From: Octopus sinensis
Taxonomy: Eukaryota
Direction of reading: 5' to 3'
Length of the DNA stretch: 64,000 nucleotides
Assembly (NCBI RefSeq): GCF_006345805.1
Contig: NC_043003.1
Span: 11,904,001-11,968,000, forward strand
Position numbers and translations under genes: made by a program. This document shows positions 13,810-26,454 of the stretch, in pieces. The notes below the pieces were generated by a model. The model was not told the DNA's origin and searched no databases. It was given only the letters and a program-made list of their open reading frames with translations. Position 1 is the first letter of the stretch, and every line of letters starts with the position of its first letter.

Positions 13810-13966
13810 GTTTGTCTGTCTATCTATTTATCTATCTGTCTGTCTGTTTGTTTGTCTGTCTGTTTGTCTGTGTATCTATCTATCTATCTGTTTGTCTGTT
13901 TGTCTGTCTGTCTGTCTATGTATCTATCTATCTACCTATCTATCTATCTGTCTCTCTGTTTGTTTG

Positions 13967-14035
<69 letters not shown>

Positions 14036-14106
14036 GTGTCTGTCTGTCTGTCTGTCTATGTATCTATCTATCTACCTATCTGTCTGTCTGTCTGTCTGTT
14101 TGTCTG

Positions 14107-14146
<40 letters not shown>

Positions 14147-14330
14147 ATCTATCTATCTATCTATCTGTCTGTCTGTCTGTCTATCAGTCTCTATCTATCC
14201 TCCCCTCTCTTCTTTTATCTCTCTCCCTCCCTCCTGCTCTAGCTTTCTTCTTTCCTTCCCATCCGTTTCTTATTTCCTTCCTGTTTTCCTTCGTTCGATC
14301 GTTCCTTCCTGCCGTCCGTCTTTCCTTCCT
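10905..14330. repeat. Microsatellite/low-complexity block ((ATCT)n, (GTCT)n, (CT)n, (CA)n, (TA)n) with a ~360-bp tandem duplication at ~11705-12420
   Basis: Direct inspection; CTGTCTGCTATACCTAAACATACTC... recurs at ~11717 and ~12076. Confidence 0.92.
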
Positions 14331-14875
14331 ATTTCCTGTGTATGCTTATGATTCTACGTTCGTTCATTTCTTCATATCTTCCTGCTCTGTACTTCCTTGA
14401 AGCCTGTTCTTCCTGCACTGAAATTCTGTAATAATGATGATTATAGTTATTTGGTGTGGCACGAATGATGTTCAACAAGGGAAGTAGTCAACTCTCAGTC
14501 AAGACACCCGGTTTCAATTCTCGTTCGGAATTCCTGTTATTTTAACTTATTGCCGTTAAAATCTTTGGCAAAGGCATGAATGTCACAGTAGCTATTTATA
14601 TTCTCAAGTAGATATGTGGTCTTGGACCGAAATGAAAACATAAATTCCTTGGCGTTCCTTCGGTAATGGTCTAGAGCAGAGGTTCTCATCCATTTTTTGT
14701 CTATGGATCTCTATGATTCTTATTTTATTTTTATGGTCCCTCAACCAAATTCAATGCTCAAAAATATTCTTACAATATTTTTATAATTAAATACTATTTG
14801 GAATTCTTTCATCTTTTACCTGTTTTAGTCGTTAGACTGCGGCCATGCTGTGCCCCAGCAGAATGTGCCTCAGAA

Positions 14876-15106
14876 GGCGGCGAGCTGGTAGAAACGTTAG
14901 CGCGCCGGGCGAAATGCTTAGCGGTATTTCGTCTGCCGTTACGTTCTGAGTTCAAATTCCGCTGAGGTCGACTTTGCCTTTCATCCTTTCGAGGTCGATT
15001 AAATAAGTACCAGTTACGCACTGGGGCCGATATAATCGACTTGAACCCTTTATCTGTCCTTGTTTGTCCCCTCTGTGTGTAGCTCCTCGTGGGCAGTAAA
15101 GAAATA
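14876..15106 (+). mobile_element. SINE family A, full-length monomer with TSD
   Basis: GGCGGCGAGCTGG...AAAGAAATA; TSD AGAATGTGCC at 14860-14869 and 15107-15116. Confidence 0.94.
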
Positions 15107-15280
15107 AGAATGTGCCCCAGCAGAATTCTTTTAGTCGAATTAATCGTCCCCAATATCTTCTTTTAAACCTAGTACTTATCTATCGATCTATCTTGCCGAA
15201 CCCCGAGACCGGTTAGGAAGCGGTGGTGGGGGACAAACAGACAAAGACACGTGCAATATAATATCTATTATAACTATATA

Positions 15281-15348
<68 letters not shown>

Positions 15349-15442
15349 CGGGAAGCTTACGAAAATAACAAAAGACGAAGGCAGGTGGAGTACAAACAAA
15401 CAATTGTATTAGTATGGCGCTCAGGAATAGAAATAAAACAAG

Positions 15443-15480
15443 TCTTTTACGTTTCGAGCCTATGCTCTTCGACAGAAAGA
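15443..15480 (-). ncRNA. Minimal type I hammerhead-like motif (core variant CTGTCGA) in a ~210-bp (TA)n-embedded insertion (15347-15558)
   Basis: Minus strand: TCTTT-CTGTCGA-A-GAGC-ATAG-GCTC-GAAAC-GTA-AAAGA. Confidence 0.65.
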
Positions 15481-15721
15481 TACACAGAAAAGAAACACGG
15501 AGGGAAACAAGGAGAGAACAAAAATGCGTGCAGGAGCTAACGATCTAACATGGCGGTCTATATATGTACGATGCGCTTCTTTCACTTCCGTCTACCAAAT
15601 CCATTCACAAGGCTTTGGTCGGCCTGAGACACTTGCCCAAGGTGCCAAGGTGCAATGGGACTGAACGCAGAACCATGTTGTTGGGAAGCAAGCTTCTTAC
15701 CACACAGCCACACCCGCGTCA

Positions 15722-15886
15722 ATTGTATTAAAAACTGTTAAAATATTTTGTAGAATGTAGAAATACAGACAGTTTATTGCACATACATTTTAACAGCAAA
15801 AACTTATATGGACGTCCAAAGGTCATGTGTACCCCAGAGGTCATGTGTGCTCCAAAGGTCATGTGGACCCCAGTTGGAAACCACTG
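15722..15886 (-). mobile_element. hAT-like MITE fragment (CAGTGGTTTCCAAC end); related piece at 17655-17776
   Basis: CAG terminus with short subterminal AGGTCATGTG repeats; two homologous copies in the window. Confidence 0.55.
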
Positions 15887-16081
15887 GTGTGGAGAGTTTC
15901 GATATGAGGAGACGACGTCATTCACCTCTTTTTTTTCTCCAAGCCTAGCCTCTACATCTATGTCATGAAGGAAGGTGATTGAGGAATGACGTCGTATACC
16001 AATACCGAAGGATTGCCAAGTCCTTCACTGTTTTCCTCGTCAACTGCACGTGCACTCACACACACACGCACACATACACAC

Positions 16082-16235
16082 GTGGTAAGTAGCTTGTTTA
16101 CCAACCACATGGTTACGGGTTCAGTTCCACTGCGTGGCACCTTGGGCAAGTGTCTTCTACTATAGCCTCGGGCCAACCAAAGCCATGTAAGTGGATTTCG
16201 TAGACGGAAACGGAAAGAAGCCCGTCGTATATATG

Positions 16236-16268
<33 letters not shown>

Positions 16269-16492
16269 ATATGTTTGTGTGTCTGTGTTTGTCCCCCCAA
16301 CAACGCTTGATAACCGATGCTGGTGTTTTACGTCGCGGTAACTTAGCAGTTCGGCAAAAGAGATCGATAGAATAAGTACTAGGCTTACAAAAAATAAGTC
16401 CTGGGGTCGATTTGCTCGATTAAAGGCGGTGCTCCAGCATGGCCACAGTCGAATGACTGAAACAAGTAAAAGAGTAAAAGAGAGTAAAGAGT
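16082..16492 (+). mobile_element. SINE family B
   Basis: Near-complete match with (GTAAAAGA)n tail. Confidence 0.92.
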
Positions 16493-16721
16493 ATATACAT
16501 ACACAGAACATATATACGTACGCACGCATGTATATATGTTTGTTTGTTTGTTTATGCGCGCGCGCGTGTGTGTATACATAAACACACATATGTACATATA
16601 CACAGTCTTTCTGGCGCCTCAACGTATCATTCATAGTAGAAACTCCCGATAGCAACTCAACGAATCACCAACAAAGACTCTTCCTGGCCCGGTGGTTGAT
16701 GCGTCAGTTCTGCGTTCATAA

Positions 16722-16826
16722 GGTGTTTTTGCTCAATAAACACACACAACGCCCAGTCTCGGGATCGAAACCGCGATCCTCCGACCGCGAGTCTGCTGCC
16801 CTAACCACTGGGCCATTGTGCCTCCA
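16722..16826 (-). mobile_element. SINE family C head (tRNA-Arg-like)
   Basis: Reverse complement GGAGGCACAATGGCCCAGTGGTTAGGGCAGCAGACTCGCGGTCGGAGGATCGCGGTTTCGATCCC; same as 25368 and ~39218. Confidence 0.85.
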
Positions 16827-17220
16827 CAATACAATAATTACCAAACTTAAAACGCTCCTTTCTAGTATGAGCGCAAGGCCTGAAATTTGGTGGGAGGCGT
16901 CTAGTCGATTACATCGACCACCATTGCTCAACTCGTACACATTTTATCGACTCCAAAGGATGAAAGGCAAAGTCGACCTCGGCGGCGTTTGAACTCAAAA
17001 CGGGAAACCGGAAACAGATGTCGCTAGGCGTTTTATTCAGCATGCTAACTGTTCCACCAGCTCACCACCTTTTAATGACGGGGTTTAAATATTGGTTTTA
17101 AAATCCCTCTAGATAGAAACGGTCGAAGGCCACCGCTGGACTAGAAATTACATCTCCTGTAAACAGGACGTGCGATCTATATACATAAAAAAATTCTACC
17201 GCATTTTTATAATTAATTGC

Positions 17221-17436
17221 TCTTTTACTCTTTTATTTGTTTCAGTCATTTGAGTGCGGCCATGCTGGAGCACCACCTTTAGTGGAGCAAATCGACTCCA
17301 GGACTTATTCTTTGTAAGCCTAGTACTTATTCTATCGATCTCTTTTGTCGAACCGCTAAGTTACGGGGATGCAAACACACCAGCATCGGTTGTCAAGCGA
17401 TGTTGGGGGGGGAACAAACACAGACACACCAAACAA

Positions 17437-17484
<48 letters not shown>

Positions 17485-17652
17485 GATATATATATACACA
17501 TATACGACGGGCTTCTTTTAGTTTCCGTCTACCAAATCCACTCACAAGGCTTTGGTTGGCCCGAGGCTATAGTAGAAGACACTTGCCCAAGGTACCACGC
17601 AGTGGGACTGAACCCGGAACTATGTGGTTGGTAAGCAAGCTACTTACCACAC
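17221..17652 (-). mobile_element. SINE family B
   Basis: Reverse-complement match along its length. Confidence 0.92.
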
Positions 17653-17884
17653 TAGGAATTGTATAAAAAAATATTTTGTGTATTGTAGAAGTATCAGCAG
17701 TTTATTACACATACATTTTAACAAAACCTTATAGGGACCTCCAAGGGTCATGTGGACCCCTGGTTGGGAACCACTGCTGCCTATACACCAAGATGCATTA
17801 ATGAATCGCAGAGGATTGTAATGTGGTGGTGTTGGCATGATGTGCTCCCTCCACTGTTCAATCTTCTTCTATACACTCGTTGTT

Positions 17885-18260
17885 TATGTTGTTGCTGTTG
17901 AATAATCTCAGATCAGCCCGATTGAGTTGGCCTATGATCAAATCTATTCCTCGAGTCACCGACGGAGCCTCTATGCGGTCGCCCAATCTACTAGAAATAG
18001 CAAATAAAGTTCATCAAATCAAACCCTGGCGGACATAATGTCAACAACACGGAATTGGCATTCCTTGTCATAGGTCTGATCAGTTAAGACCCACTCGGAT
18101 AAAGGCAACAACAATAACAACAAAACATTCCATCCGTGATCATCCTATTTTTTCCTGGGTATTTAAGACTAATCTATGTGTCGTTCCTTTTTTAAAGATG
18201 AGCTTTGGCGGAAGTTTAGTTGGTTTTTCTAGCGTTTCGAGTGACCGTATAGAAGCTCAC
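17885..18260. mobile_element. Older SINE-like repeat (family D; GGAGCCTCTATG.GGTCGC.C.A.CT.CTAGAAATAGCA...(ACA)n tail), one copy nested inversely in another
   Basis: Motif GATTTG.CTGCTATTTCTAGCA recurs near 10700, 24330, 35490, 35935, 37500, 37770, 43325 and 51655. Confidence 0.6.
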
Positions 18261-18335
18261 GAATAAGTACCAGTCATATAATTAGCTCCACTAATCGCTT
18301 TCCGTCAAAATTTGTAGCCATCAACCAACGCTTGT

Positions 18336-18611
18336 TGTTGTTGTTGTTGTTGTTGTTCTTGTTCTTCTTGTTCTTCTTCTTCTTCTTCTTCTTCTTCTTC
18401 TTCTTCTTCTTCTTGTCAAGCAAGAAGACGGGTAAGGGTGATTAGGTGATGGTCTAGGGCTTAGGAGCGGGAGACCCCAAACCTTGGAAAAAAAAACTTT
18501 GGTCGTCTTGTGGTAGTCGAGGGCTCTTCGTTGACGCCCGACACCATTGGGAGGTGACCCTCGAAGTCGCTGGAAATGGAGATCTCCAGGTCCAAATTCT
18601 TGGCCGGCTTT
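18336..18611 (-). mobile_element. 5'-truncated non-LTR retrotransposon 3' end with (AAG)n/(AAC)n tail and TSD; clade not determined
   Basis: TSD ACCAACGCTTG at ~18324-18334 and 18612-18622; GC-rich body followed on the minus strand by a simple-repeat tail. Confidence 0.7.
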
Positions 18612-18850
18612 ACCAACGCTTGAATTCCTTATTTATTTGTGGCGATAAGGGCGGTGTGGTTGGCGGAGTCGCTTGACCGTTGGACAAAATGCTCTGCAGT
18701 ATTTCTCATGGTTCTTTACCTTCAGAGTTTTTCAGGGTGGGTAAAAGAAAGTACTAGACAAGTGTGAGGGGTGAATTTAACCAAGAATATTTTTTAAATT
18801 CTAGTGATATGTAATGATATGGATATATCTTTAATTATATCTTCGTCAAA

Positions 18851-19435
18851 GGCGGCAAGCTGGCAGAATCGTTAGCACGCTGGACGAAATGCGTAGCCGT
18901 ATTTCGTCTGAGTTCAAATTCCGCCGAGGTCAACTTTGCCTTTCATCTTTTCGGGGTCGGTAAATTAAGTACCAGTTACGCACTGGTTCGATATAATCGA
19001 CTTAATACCTATGTCTCTCCTTGTTTGTCTCCTCTGTGTTTAACCCCTTCTGGGCAATAAAGAAATAAGAATCGTTAGCACGTCGGGGCAAAATGCTTAG
19101 CGGTATTTCATCTGCCGTTACGTTCTGAGTTCAAATTCTGCCGAGGTCCACTTTGCCTTTCATCCTTTCGGGGTCGATTAAATAAGTACCAGTTACGCAC
19201 TGGGGTCGATATAATCGACTTAATCCGTTTGTCTGTCCTTGTTTGTCCTCTCTGCGTTTAGCCCCTTGTGTGTAGTAAAGGAATAGGTATTTAGTCCTTC
19301 TTAACGTTCTGTGTTCGAATTTCGCAGAGGTCGGCTTTGTCTTTCATCCTTTCAGGATTAATAAAATAAGCTCCAGTTGATCTTTGGGGTCGATGTCCAC
19401 GAAATTGCTGAACTTGTGCTAAAAGTTGAAGTCAA
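18851..19435 (+). mobile_element. SINE family A trimer ending in an older unit with a different tail
   Basis: Junctions aaagaaata|agaatcgttagc (~19067) and aaggaata|ggtattt (~19286). Confidence 0.9.
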
Positions 19436-19713
19436 TTATATCGGGAATGGTAACGAGCTAGCAGAATCGTTAACGCGTCTGGTAAAATGCTTACGGTATT
19501 TCTTCCGACGCATCATATTCTGGGTTCAAATCCTGCCGAGGTCAACTGTGACTTCCATCCCTTCGGGATCGATAAAATAAGTATCAGTTGAGCAAACATA
19601 CCAATAGAATAAGTACTAGGCTTACAAAGAATAAGTCCTGGGGTCGATTTGCTCGACTAAAGGTGGTGCTCCAGCATGGGCACTGTCAAATGACTGAAAC
19701 AAGTAAAATAGAT

Positions 19714-19876
19714 CAGTGGCGTTGCTAGAGTGTGCTGTCCTGGGAAGTCCTTGGGTTTGCTACCAGGCACCCACTTTACTTAGGCTTATACAGCAGGTCC
19801 AAGAAGAGCTGGCCCCATAAACGCGTCACCCTGAGCGGACTATCCCCTCGCTACTCCATCCCCTAGCTACGCTATT
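19714..19876. mobile_element. hAT-like MITE (CAGTGGCGT.GCTAG...CTAGCTACGC); related copy at ~45781-45918
   Basis: Imperfect terminal inverted repeats of the CAGTGGCGTAGCTAG type. Confidence 0.55.
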
Positions 19877-19944
19877 ATCGCAAATCAATTTCGATTTTTA
19901 ACTGGAAATTTTCCCCTTTTAACGTTAAGAAAAAGCGCAATAAG

Positions 19945-20232
19945 TGGTACTCCGTCGGTTACGACGACGAGTGTTCCAGTTGATCCGATCAACGGTACAG
20001 CCTGCTCGTGGAATTAACATACAAGTGACCTAGCACGCCACAGAGACACGTGTCCCCTTAACGTAGTCCTTAGGGACCTTTGAAATACAGATACTACTTA
20101 TTTTTACCAGCTAAGCGAATTGGAGCAACGTGAAATAAAGTGTCTTGCTCAAAAAACACAACGCGACCCCAGGTATTGAACTCACGACGTTATGTTCGTG
20201 AGCCAAATACCTTAACGACTTAGCCATGCGCA
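19945..20232 (-). mobile_element. SINE family C-related copy
   Basis: Shares TACTCCGTCGGTTACGACGACG...GTTGATCCGATCAACGG.ACAGCCTGCTCGTG with the 38851-39218 copy; tRNA-like head at the right end. Confidence 0.8.
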
Positions 20233-21399
20233 ATCACTACTGGAAAAGGAAAAAGCATAATAGTCACGTGATCTTAGTTTCCTTTTTATTTCTATTCCAT
20301 GAGCGAAACAACCAGCCAACTCCTCATCCTTTTAAGTAACAGTTACTAACAAGTGTGACACGGTGCAGTGGTGTAGTATTGTGATGTGATATTATGTATT
20401 GACTTATCGTCTACACACCAACATTGTACGGTTCTACGTACTGCAATTTAATTTAGTGCGGCGATACTGCATAGTGTGATATTATAGGATATATCATACA
20501 GTGATGTATTCTAGAATAAATAACATAGTGTGATTTCGTATATTACATTACAGTCTGGCGTGGTATCATATATATATATATATATATATTATATATAATA
20601 TATATATACATACCATAATATATATATATATATTATATATATATAAACATATATATATAATATATATAAACATATATATATTATATAATTATATATAATA
20701 TAAATATATATATATATATATATACACTTACATACATACTCCATACATACAACATACATACATACATACATACATACATGCTTGGACATGGTATCATGTA
20801 ATACGATGTGATATTGCATGGAGCGGTACAGTGTTGTTTGTTTAACCCTCAAATGAGTCTTGATCGAGCAGACTTCTAAACGGTACGTTGTAGTATTGCA
20901 TGGTGTGATATCGTATTATAATAATATATTCCAGTGAGGTATAATACGACTAGACATGTTTATTTTATTTATTCATTTATTTTTCACTATTTTATTCATT
21001 TTTATTTCTATGCTATGCAGTTTGATAAATTACGTGGACGATGCAGTATAATGTTGTTCCATACGGGATAACACTATGTGATAAGATATTATTCGATGGA
21101 ATGCCGAACAGCGCTGTGTAACAAACACCACATTATATAATACGATGTAATATCGCATATAAAATACGACGCAGTATCTTTTATAATTCCGTGTGATTTC
21201 ACAGTGTGACACAAATGTGTTGCTACAATGCAACTTCATAAATACAATGGAATAGTAGCAGACGCTGTGATTACAGCAGCTAATGCTTGCAGACCGGTTT
21301 CAATTCCACCTCGGAACCACTTCGCTTGTTCACAAAGAAGAAGCTTGGAAATAAGAAAATTTTATTTCTTCCATTTAAAAATAAAAAGCCTTGGATTCC

Positions 21400-21652
21400 T
21401 CCGAAAAGCTCTATCTGCGACGATTTCATCTCACTCGAAGGAGAGGGGCTTTCTCCCTCCGGGTTGCGGATCCGTGGAATAAGCTGCCGGACGAGATAGT
21501 GAAGATGCCGACGACCGCTCGGTTCAAAGTCTCCCTTGACCACAAGTGGCCTGAACTCTTTACCTGAACACCACCCTGTACATAACTCCATGTCCCCCTA
21601 CATGGCCTTGCTTTTTGCTTTTTGAGCCAAAAAATTAACTAACTAACTAACT
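21400..21652 (+). mobile_element. CR1-clade LINE 3' end
   Basis: KLYLRRFHLTRRRGAFSLRVADPWNKLPDEIVKMPTTARFKVSLDHKWPELFT* (stop 21565-21567) fits the CR1 ORF2 C-terminal F-S-x-R-V-x-x-x-W-N-x-L-P...F-K-x-x-L-D pattern; short 3' UTR and (AACT)n tail. Confidence 0.9.
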
Positions 21653-21933
21653 ATCTATCATTTTAACTATTTCTAAAACATTACTTAATACAGATTGGTT
21701 CGGTATAAAAAATGGTATTTGATATAATAATGGCTTCTAATATTGGTACAAGACCAGAAATCTCACATCAACTTCAGTATTCAACTGGTATATATTTTAT
21801 CGAGTCAAAAAGGAGGGAAAGAAAAGTCGACCTCGGTGGAATTTGAACTCAAGACGTAAAGACGAAATTCTGTCGAGCATTTTGTCCGATGCGTTAAAGG
21901 TTCTGCTACTTCGTCGTATCTAGTAATTCTTAA

Positions 21934-22133
21934 GGCGGCAATGCTTACCGGTATTTCGTCTGCCGTTACGTTCTGAGTTCAAATCCCGCCGAGGTCGACT
22001 TTGCCTTTCATCCTTTCGGGGTCGATAAATTAAGTACCAGTTACGCACTGGGGTCGATGTAATCAGCTTAATCCGTTTGTCTGTCTTTGTTTGTCCCCTC
22101 TATATTTAGCCCCTTGTGGGTAGTAAAGAAATA
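21934..22133 (+). mobile_element. SINE family A (internal deletion in head)
   Basis: Match to family A from GGCGGC to AAAGAAATA. Confidence 0.9.
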
Positions 22134-22446
22134 GATATAATAATGAATTTTTATAATGATTTTCTAGACCTAAATATGTAGGAGAAGGATAAGAAACAAC
22201 TTCAGCACGTGATTGATACGTATTTTATCGATCCCGGATTGATGAAAGGTGATGTCAATCAAGATTGAATTTGAACACAAAATGAAGAGAATCGTGAGGT
22301 TCTTTTGTCTGACGTTCTTCCATTTCTATATTCCGCTGACTTTCAATATGGCGTTATAACAATGCTACAGTTTTATTCTGATTTCTTCATAAATTAAAGA
22401 AGCAAAAGAGAAACGACTATTCTTCACAGACGTAAGTAGAGCAGAT

Positions 22447-22607
22447 GCAGGCGTGGTTGTGTGGTAAGATGTTCGCTTCCTGACCATATGGTTCTGGGTT
22501 CAGTCTCCCAACGTGGCATCTTGGACAAGTGTCTTCTACTGTAGCCCCGGACCGACCAAAGCTTTGTCAGAGGATTTGGTTGATAGAATCTGAGGAAAAG
22601 GCCGTCG

Positions 22608-22656
<49 letters not shown>

Positions 22657-22900
22657 GTGTCCTTGTCTTGACATCGCTTGATTGTCTTGATTTCTGTAAA
22701 TGAATGTTATTCATTTCTAATATGCAGCAAAAAGAATGTCTGGCCATAAGGGAAATGTTACCTCACGAGGTAACAAATGAGGATTAGCGACAGGAAAGGT
22801 ATCTTAGCGACAGGAAAGCTGCAGAAAATCTACCTCAATAAGCTCCGTTAAACCCATGCAAGCCTGGGAAAGTGAACATTAAAACGATGATGATGATGAT
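22447..22900 (+). mobile_element. SINE with family B head and a different tail ending in (GAT)n
   Basis: B head to ~22610, then CTTGACATC...CCCATGCAAGC.TGGGAAAGTGAACATTAAAACGATGATG; same tail at ~49870-50100 and ~61635-61835 and reversed at ~53600-53820. Confidence 0.75.
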
Positions 22901-23267
22901 GAGGAGGAGGAGGAGATATGATGGCTGCCTCATATCTGGTGTAGAAGGAAGTGAGATTACGTTAGATTCACGTCTTCGTAATGGTATCAGTGATGTAACT
23001 GATATGAAACAGCTACAACCGGGAAGTAAGAGCGAGTGCTGGACTCATCTCACTGGCAGTTTACACTTATTTTGACTGATAACATAATGATAGAGTTTTA
23101 TAGGTAAGCGCTCAGAGTGAAGCTCGCGAACTACTTTCTATGTCCTGTTGAATATCTGTTTCACTTTTTGATATATGGTCTGTTTTTGGATGCCATCGAC
23201 ATATTTGGCAAGGCATGAACATTCCGCCGTCTGAATTCCTCTCTCCTAATGTATAAGGTTTTTATTA

Positions 23268-23686
23268 CTCTTACTCTTTTACTCTTTTACTTGTTTCAGT
23301 CATTTGACTTCGGCCATGCTGGAGCACCGCCTTTAGTCGAGCAAATCGACCCCGGGACTTATTCTTTGTAAGCCCAGTACTTATTCTATCGGTCTCTTTT
23401 GCCGAACCGCTAAGTGACGGGGACGTAAATATACCAGCCAGCATCGGTTGTCAAGCAATGCTAGGGGGACAAACACAGACACACAAACGCATACACACAC
23501 ATACATATATATATATATATACATATATACGACAGGCTTCTTTCAGTTTCCGTCTACCAAATCCACTCACAAGGCATTGGTCGGCCCGGGGCTATAGCAG
23601 AAGACACTTGCCCAAGATGCCACGCAGTGGGACTGAACCCGGAACCATGTGGTTGGTTAGCAAGCCACTTACCACACAGCCACTCT
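23268..23686 (-). mobile_element. SINE family B, young copy
   Basis: Full-length reverse-complement match with tandem tail. Confidence 0.93.
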
Positions 23687-25128
23687 TAACATATTTAAGA
23701 ACACCTGAGGCTAGATAGCAGAATTTGCTGTAAGAAAGTTACAGGAATGTATGGAGAAGGAAGAGTTTTGCCGGTGGCGGTTAATAGTTGAGAGCTTGCA
23801 GGTCGTAATCTAAGTAAGGCCTTCGGAATCCTGGGTTTTACATCAGTGAGTAGAAGAGCCATGAAGAACAAGGTAGGTGTCTCTGGCTGAAAAATGATTA
23901 TCAATGGGGGTCAGTAGAATTTCACTTGGACACAGATCTAGGCTTGATCAGTCTAAGTCAGATTGCTTGGAAGAGGTTGTATGGTTCAAGACCCGAAACT
24001 GCGAGTGATCCTAGGATACAAAACTGACGATGTGTCTAAGTATTTTAAACTAATATAAGTGCAGTGTGCCAAAGAATAGGACAAATCCATATTAATTTCA
24101 CATAGAGACAGAAGAATTTAGTAAGACATTGTATTCGGGGAATAATGGGCGTCAATCCCTCATCATTTAATCCACGTGCAACTGTAGTGGTATAGATTAA
24201 ATGTAGTGGCAATTAAGTACTATGTAGTTAATTGTCACTAATAACAGGAATCCTATCTGGCCGAACTTGAGAGAAAATATCAAGAATCACGAGTCACGTG
24301 ATACATTTTAACTGGTTACTCGACTTGCTAGAAATAGAGAGCACTCATTTGATTTTATAATGTAATCTTGGTACTTTCTTTAGCTAAATAAAAGAAAAAA
24401 ATAGATAGCTAGGGACATAGATTTCTTTCGCGGTTGTTTATTGGACAGATTGCATTGGGGCACTTATTCCAGCTCTCTGTGTTCTGTTTTCAAAGATTAC
24501 CGAAGTCATCTTTGCCTTTCATCCTTTCAGTTTTGACAATTCAAGCATCAGTTCCGTTCTAGATGCTCTCCTCCATCTCTCACTTTCTCTCCCTCCTCTT
24601 CAGAGAAAACGGCTTCACAAATTCAAAGCAATCGTGGTAGGCGCTGTAATGAAAGCAGGAAATATCTGCAGCACGGTTTCAAGGGAAAGCTCAACGAGCA
24701 ATCCTTGCAATTCCTCAGGTTGAGAGATCTGACTCTCCTCGGCTTGGCTGGAATGGTCCTTACTCCTGATGGAATCTCAGGAGCACTGACGTGACATATG
24801 GTCTCTTTTAGACACTTCCAGTCATGGTGGAATTCATCTCAGATGATTTTTTTTCCACAGAAAGATAGAAAGAAACGATCCCGTACAGAACTCGTACTTA
24901 CTGAAAGGATGAAAGGCAAAGTTGGCGTCGGTGGTGTTCATCCAATAAGATCGAAATCACATGGTCAGGTGGTCTCAAGGGTGGCAGGAGTTATCTCCCA
25001 CTTGCAATAAGAATCGAGTGCGAAAGTGGACTGAATAAACCAACTAGAGGAGAATGTCTTCCTGGGGTTGAAATAGCAGCATCGTCGTTTCTCAGAGAAC
25101 GTTAAATTGGCGATAAACACTACCTCAG

Positions 25129-25225
<97 letters not shown>

Positions 25226-25367
25226 GTGTGGTGTGTGTGTGTGTGTGTGTGTGCCCATCGGTAATTGTTCTGCGATATTGGTCTTGGGAAAGCATCTCGT
25301 ATTGAAATATAGTGCTAGAAAACACAGAAATATTAGTAGCAAAAGAAAATGTCCAGCTGCAGCGGTG

Positions 25368-25560
25368 CGGAGGCGCAATGGCCCAGTGGTTAGGGCAGTG
25401 GACTCGCGGTCGTAAGAACGCGGTTTCGATTCCCAGACCGGGCATTGTGAGTGTTTATTGAGCAAAAACGCCTAAGCCCCACGATGCTCCCGTGGGGTGG
25501 GGTGAACCCCGCTGAACTCTTTCACCATAACCTTCTCTCAATCTTTCTCCCTACTTCTGC
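25368..25560 (+). mobile_element. SINE family C, 5' part
   Basis: GGAGGCGCAATGGCCCAGTGGTTAGGGCAGTGGACTCGCGGTCG...GGTTTCGATTCCC head. Confidence 0.85.
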
Positions 25561-26138
25561 CACAAAGCAGTGTAACCCACTATCGTGTGGTAAACTTTCA
25601 GATCCTAGTCTAGAGTGCGAATCCTCTGTACCCCAGGATGGCTCAGCTCTCCACCCGTTAAAAGCCACCGTTTACGGAATGAGGATAACAACGTAGCTTT
25701 CGCGCCCGTGCAACCGCCAGTCTATCACGTGTGGTGGGCGGATCTTCAAGTTGCCGCACGCATTCTGTGTAGCTTAGAGTATCCTCGAATTAGAGATTAT
25801 TCTTTGTGGCTAATGGGGTGAGTCCTGATCGGAAGACGAAGAAGCAGCAGTGGTAGAACTACTAGATCGGGTGATTTCTGCGTATTTGCGCGTCATCATC
25901 AGCAGTATTCCACTATCACCGCATGCTATCCAAACTTTGCTTCTACTGATAAATAGAACAACAGATTATTTTACTGATGGAGGAAGTATTGCTTCACGAT
26001 AGCAATGCGGAAATCCTACTGAACGTAGATAGAGGTATCTCCTGTTGGAAACAACTGCAAAATTCTATCAAATCACCCTATGTTGTCTTAAGAGAAGATA
26101 GATAAATTGAACCCGAGTAGTTTTAGATATAGAAGTGT

Positions 26139-26307
26139 AGGCGCAGGAGTGGTTGTGTGGTAAGTAGCTTGCTTATCAACCACATGGTTCCGGGTTCAGT
26201 CCCACTGCGTGGCACCTTGGGCAAGTGTCTTCTACTATAGCCTCGGGCCAACCAAAACTTTGTGAGTGGATTTGGTAGACGGAAAATGAAAGAAGCCCGT
26301 CGTATAT
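26139..26307 (+). mobile_element. SINE family B 5' half, truncated by assembly gap
   Basis: GGCGCAGGAGTGG.TGTGTGG start; runs into the Ns at its internal microsatellite. Confidence 0.9.
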
Positions 26308-26407
26308 NNNNNNNNNNNNNNNNNNNNNNNNNNNNNNNNNNNNNNNNNNNNNNNNNNNNNNNNNNNNNNNNNNNNNNNNNNNNNNNNNNNNNNNNNNNNN
26401 NNNNNNN
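26308..26407. other. Assembly gap (100 N)
   Basis: Run of N flanked by (TA)n. Confidence 0.99.
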
Positions 26408-26410
26408 TAT

Positions 26411-26454
<44 letters not shown>

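Larger units (their letters stand above)
14808..15718 (-). mobile_element. SINE family B host copy interrupted by a family A SINE and a hammerhead-bearing insertion
   Basis: Family B segments at 14808-14860, 15117-15250 and 15560-15718. Confidence 0.8.

Noticed and set aside
10905-14400. Long ORFs such as 13188..14351 (387 aa) and 11045..11752 with LSIY/LSVC repeats
   Set aside because: Stop-free translation of (ATCT)n/(GTCT)n microsatellites; no splice or domain evidence.
20345-21230. Periodic-looking GTGAT/GTATT-rich region
   Set aside because: Decayed pentanucleotide simple repeat with no higher-order structure evident.
23690-24250. Possible ancient CR1/L2 ORF2 fragment on the minus strand
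   Set aside because: Only a faint RQNSSFSI-type similarity; too degenerate to support without a search.
24604-24718. Possible exon after a strong polypyrimidine-CAG acceptor
   Set aside because: Weak donor, no recognisable peptide, no partner exons.
25368-25445. tRNA-Arg-like gene (also 16722-16826 and ~39140-39218)
   Set aside because: Continues into a shared SINE body and lacks a convincing acceptor stem; SINE head, not a tRNA gene.
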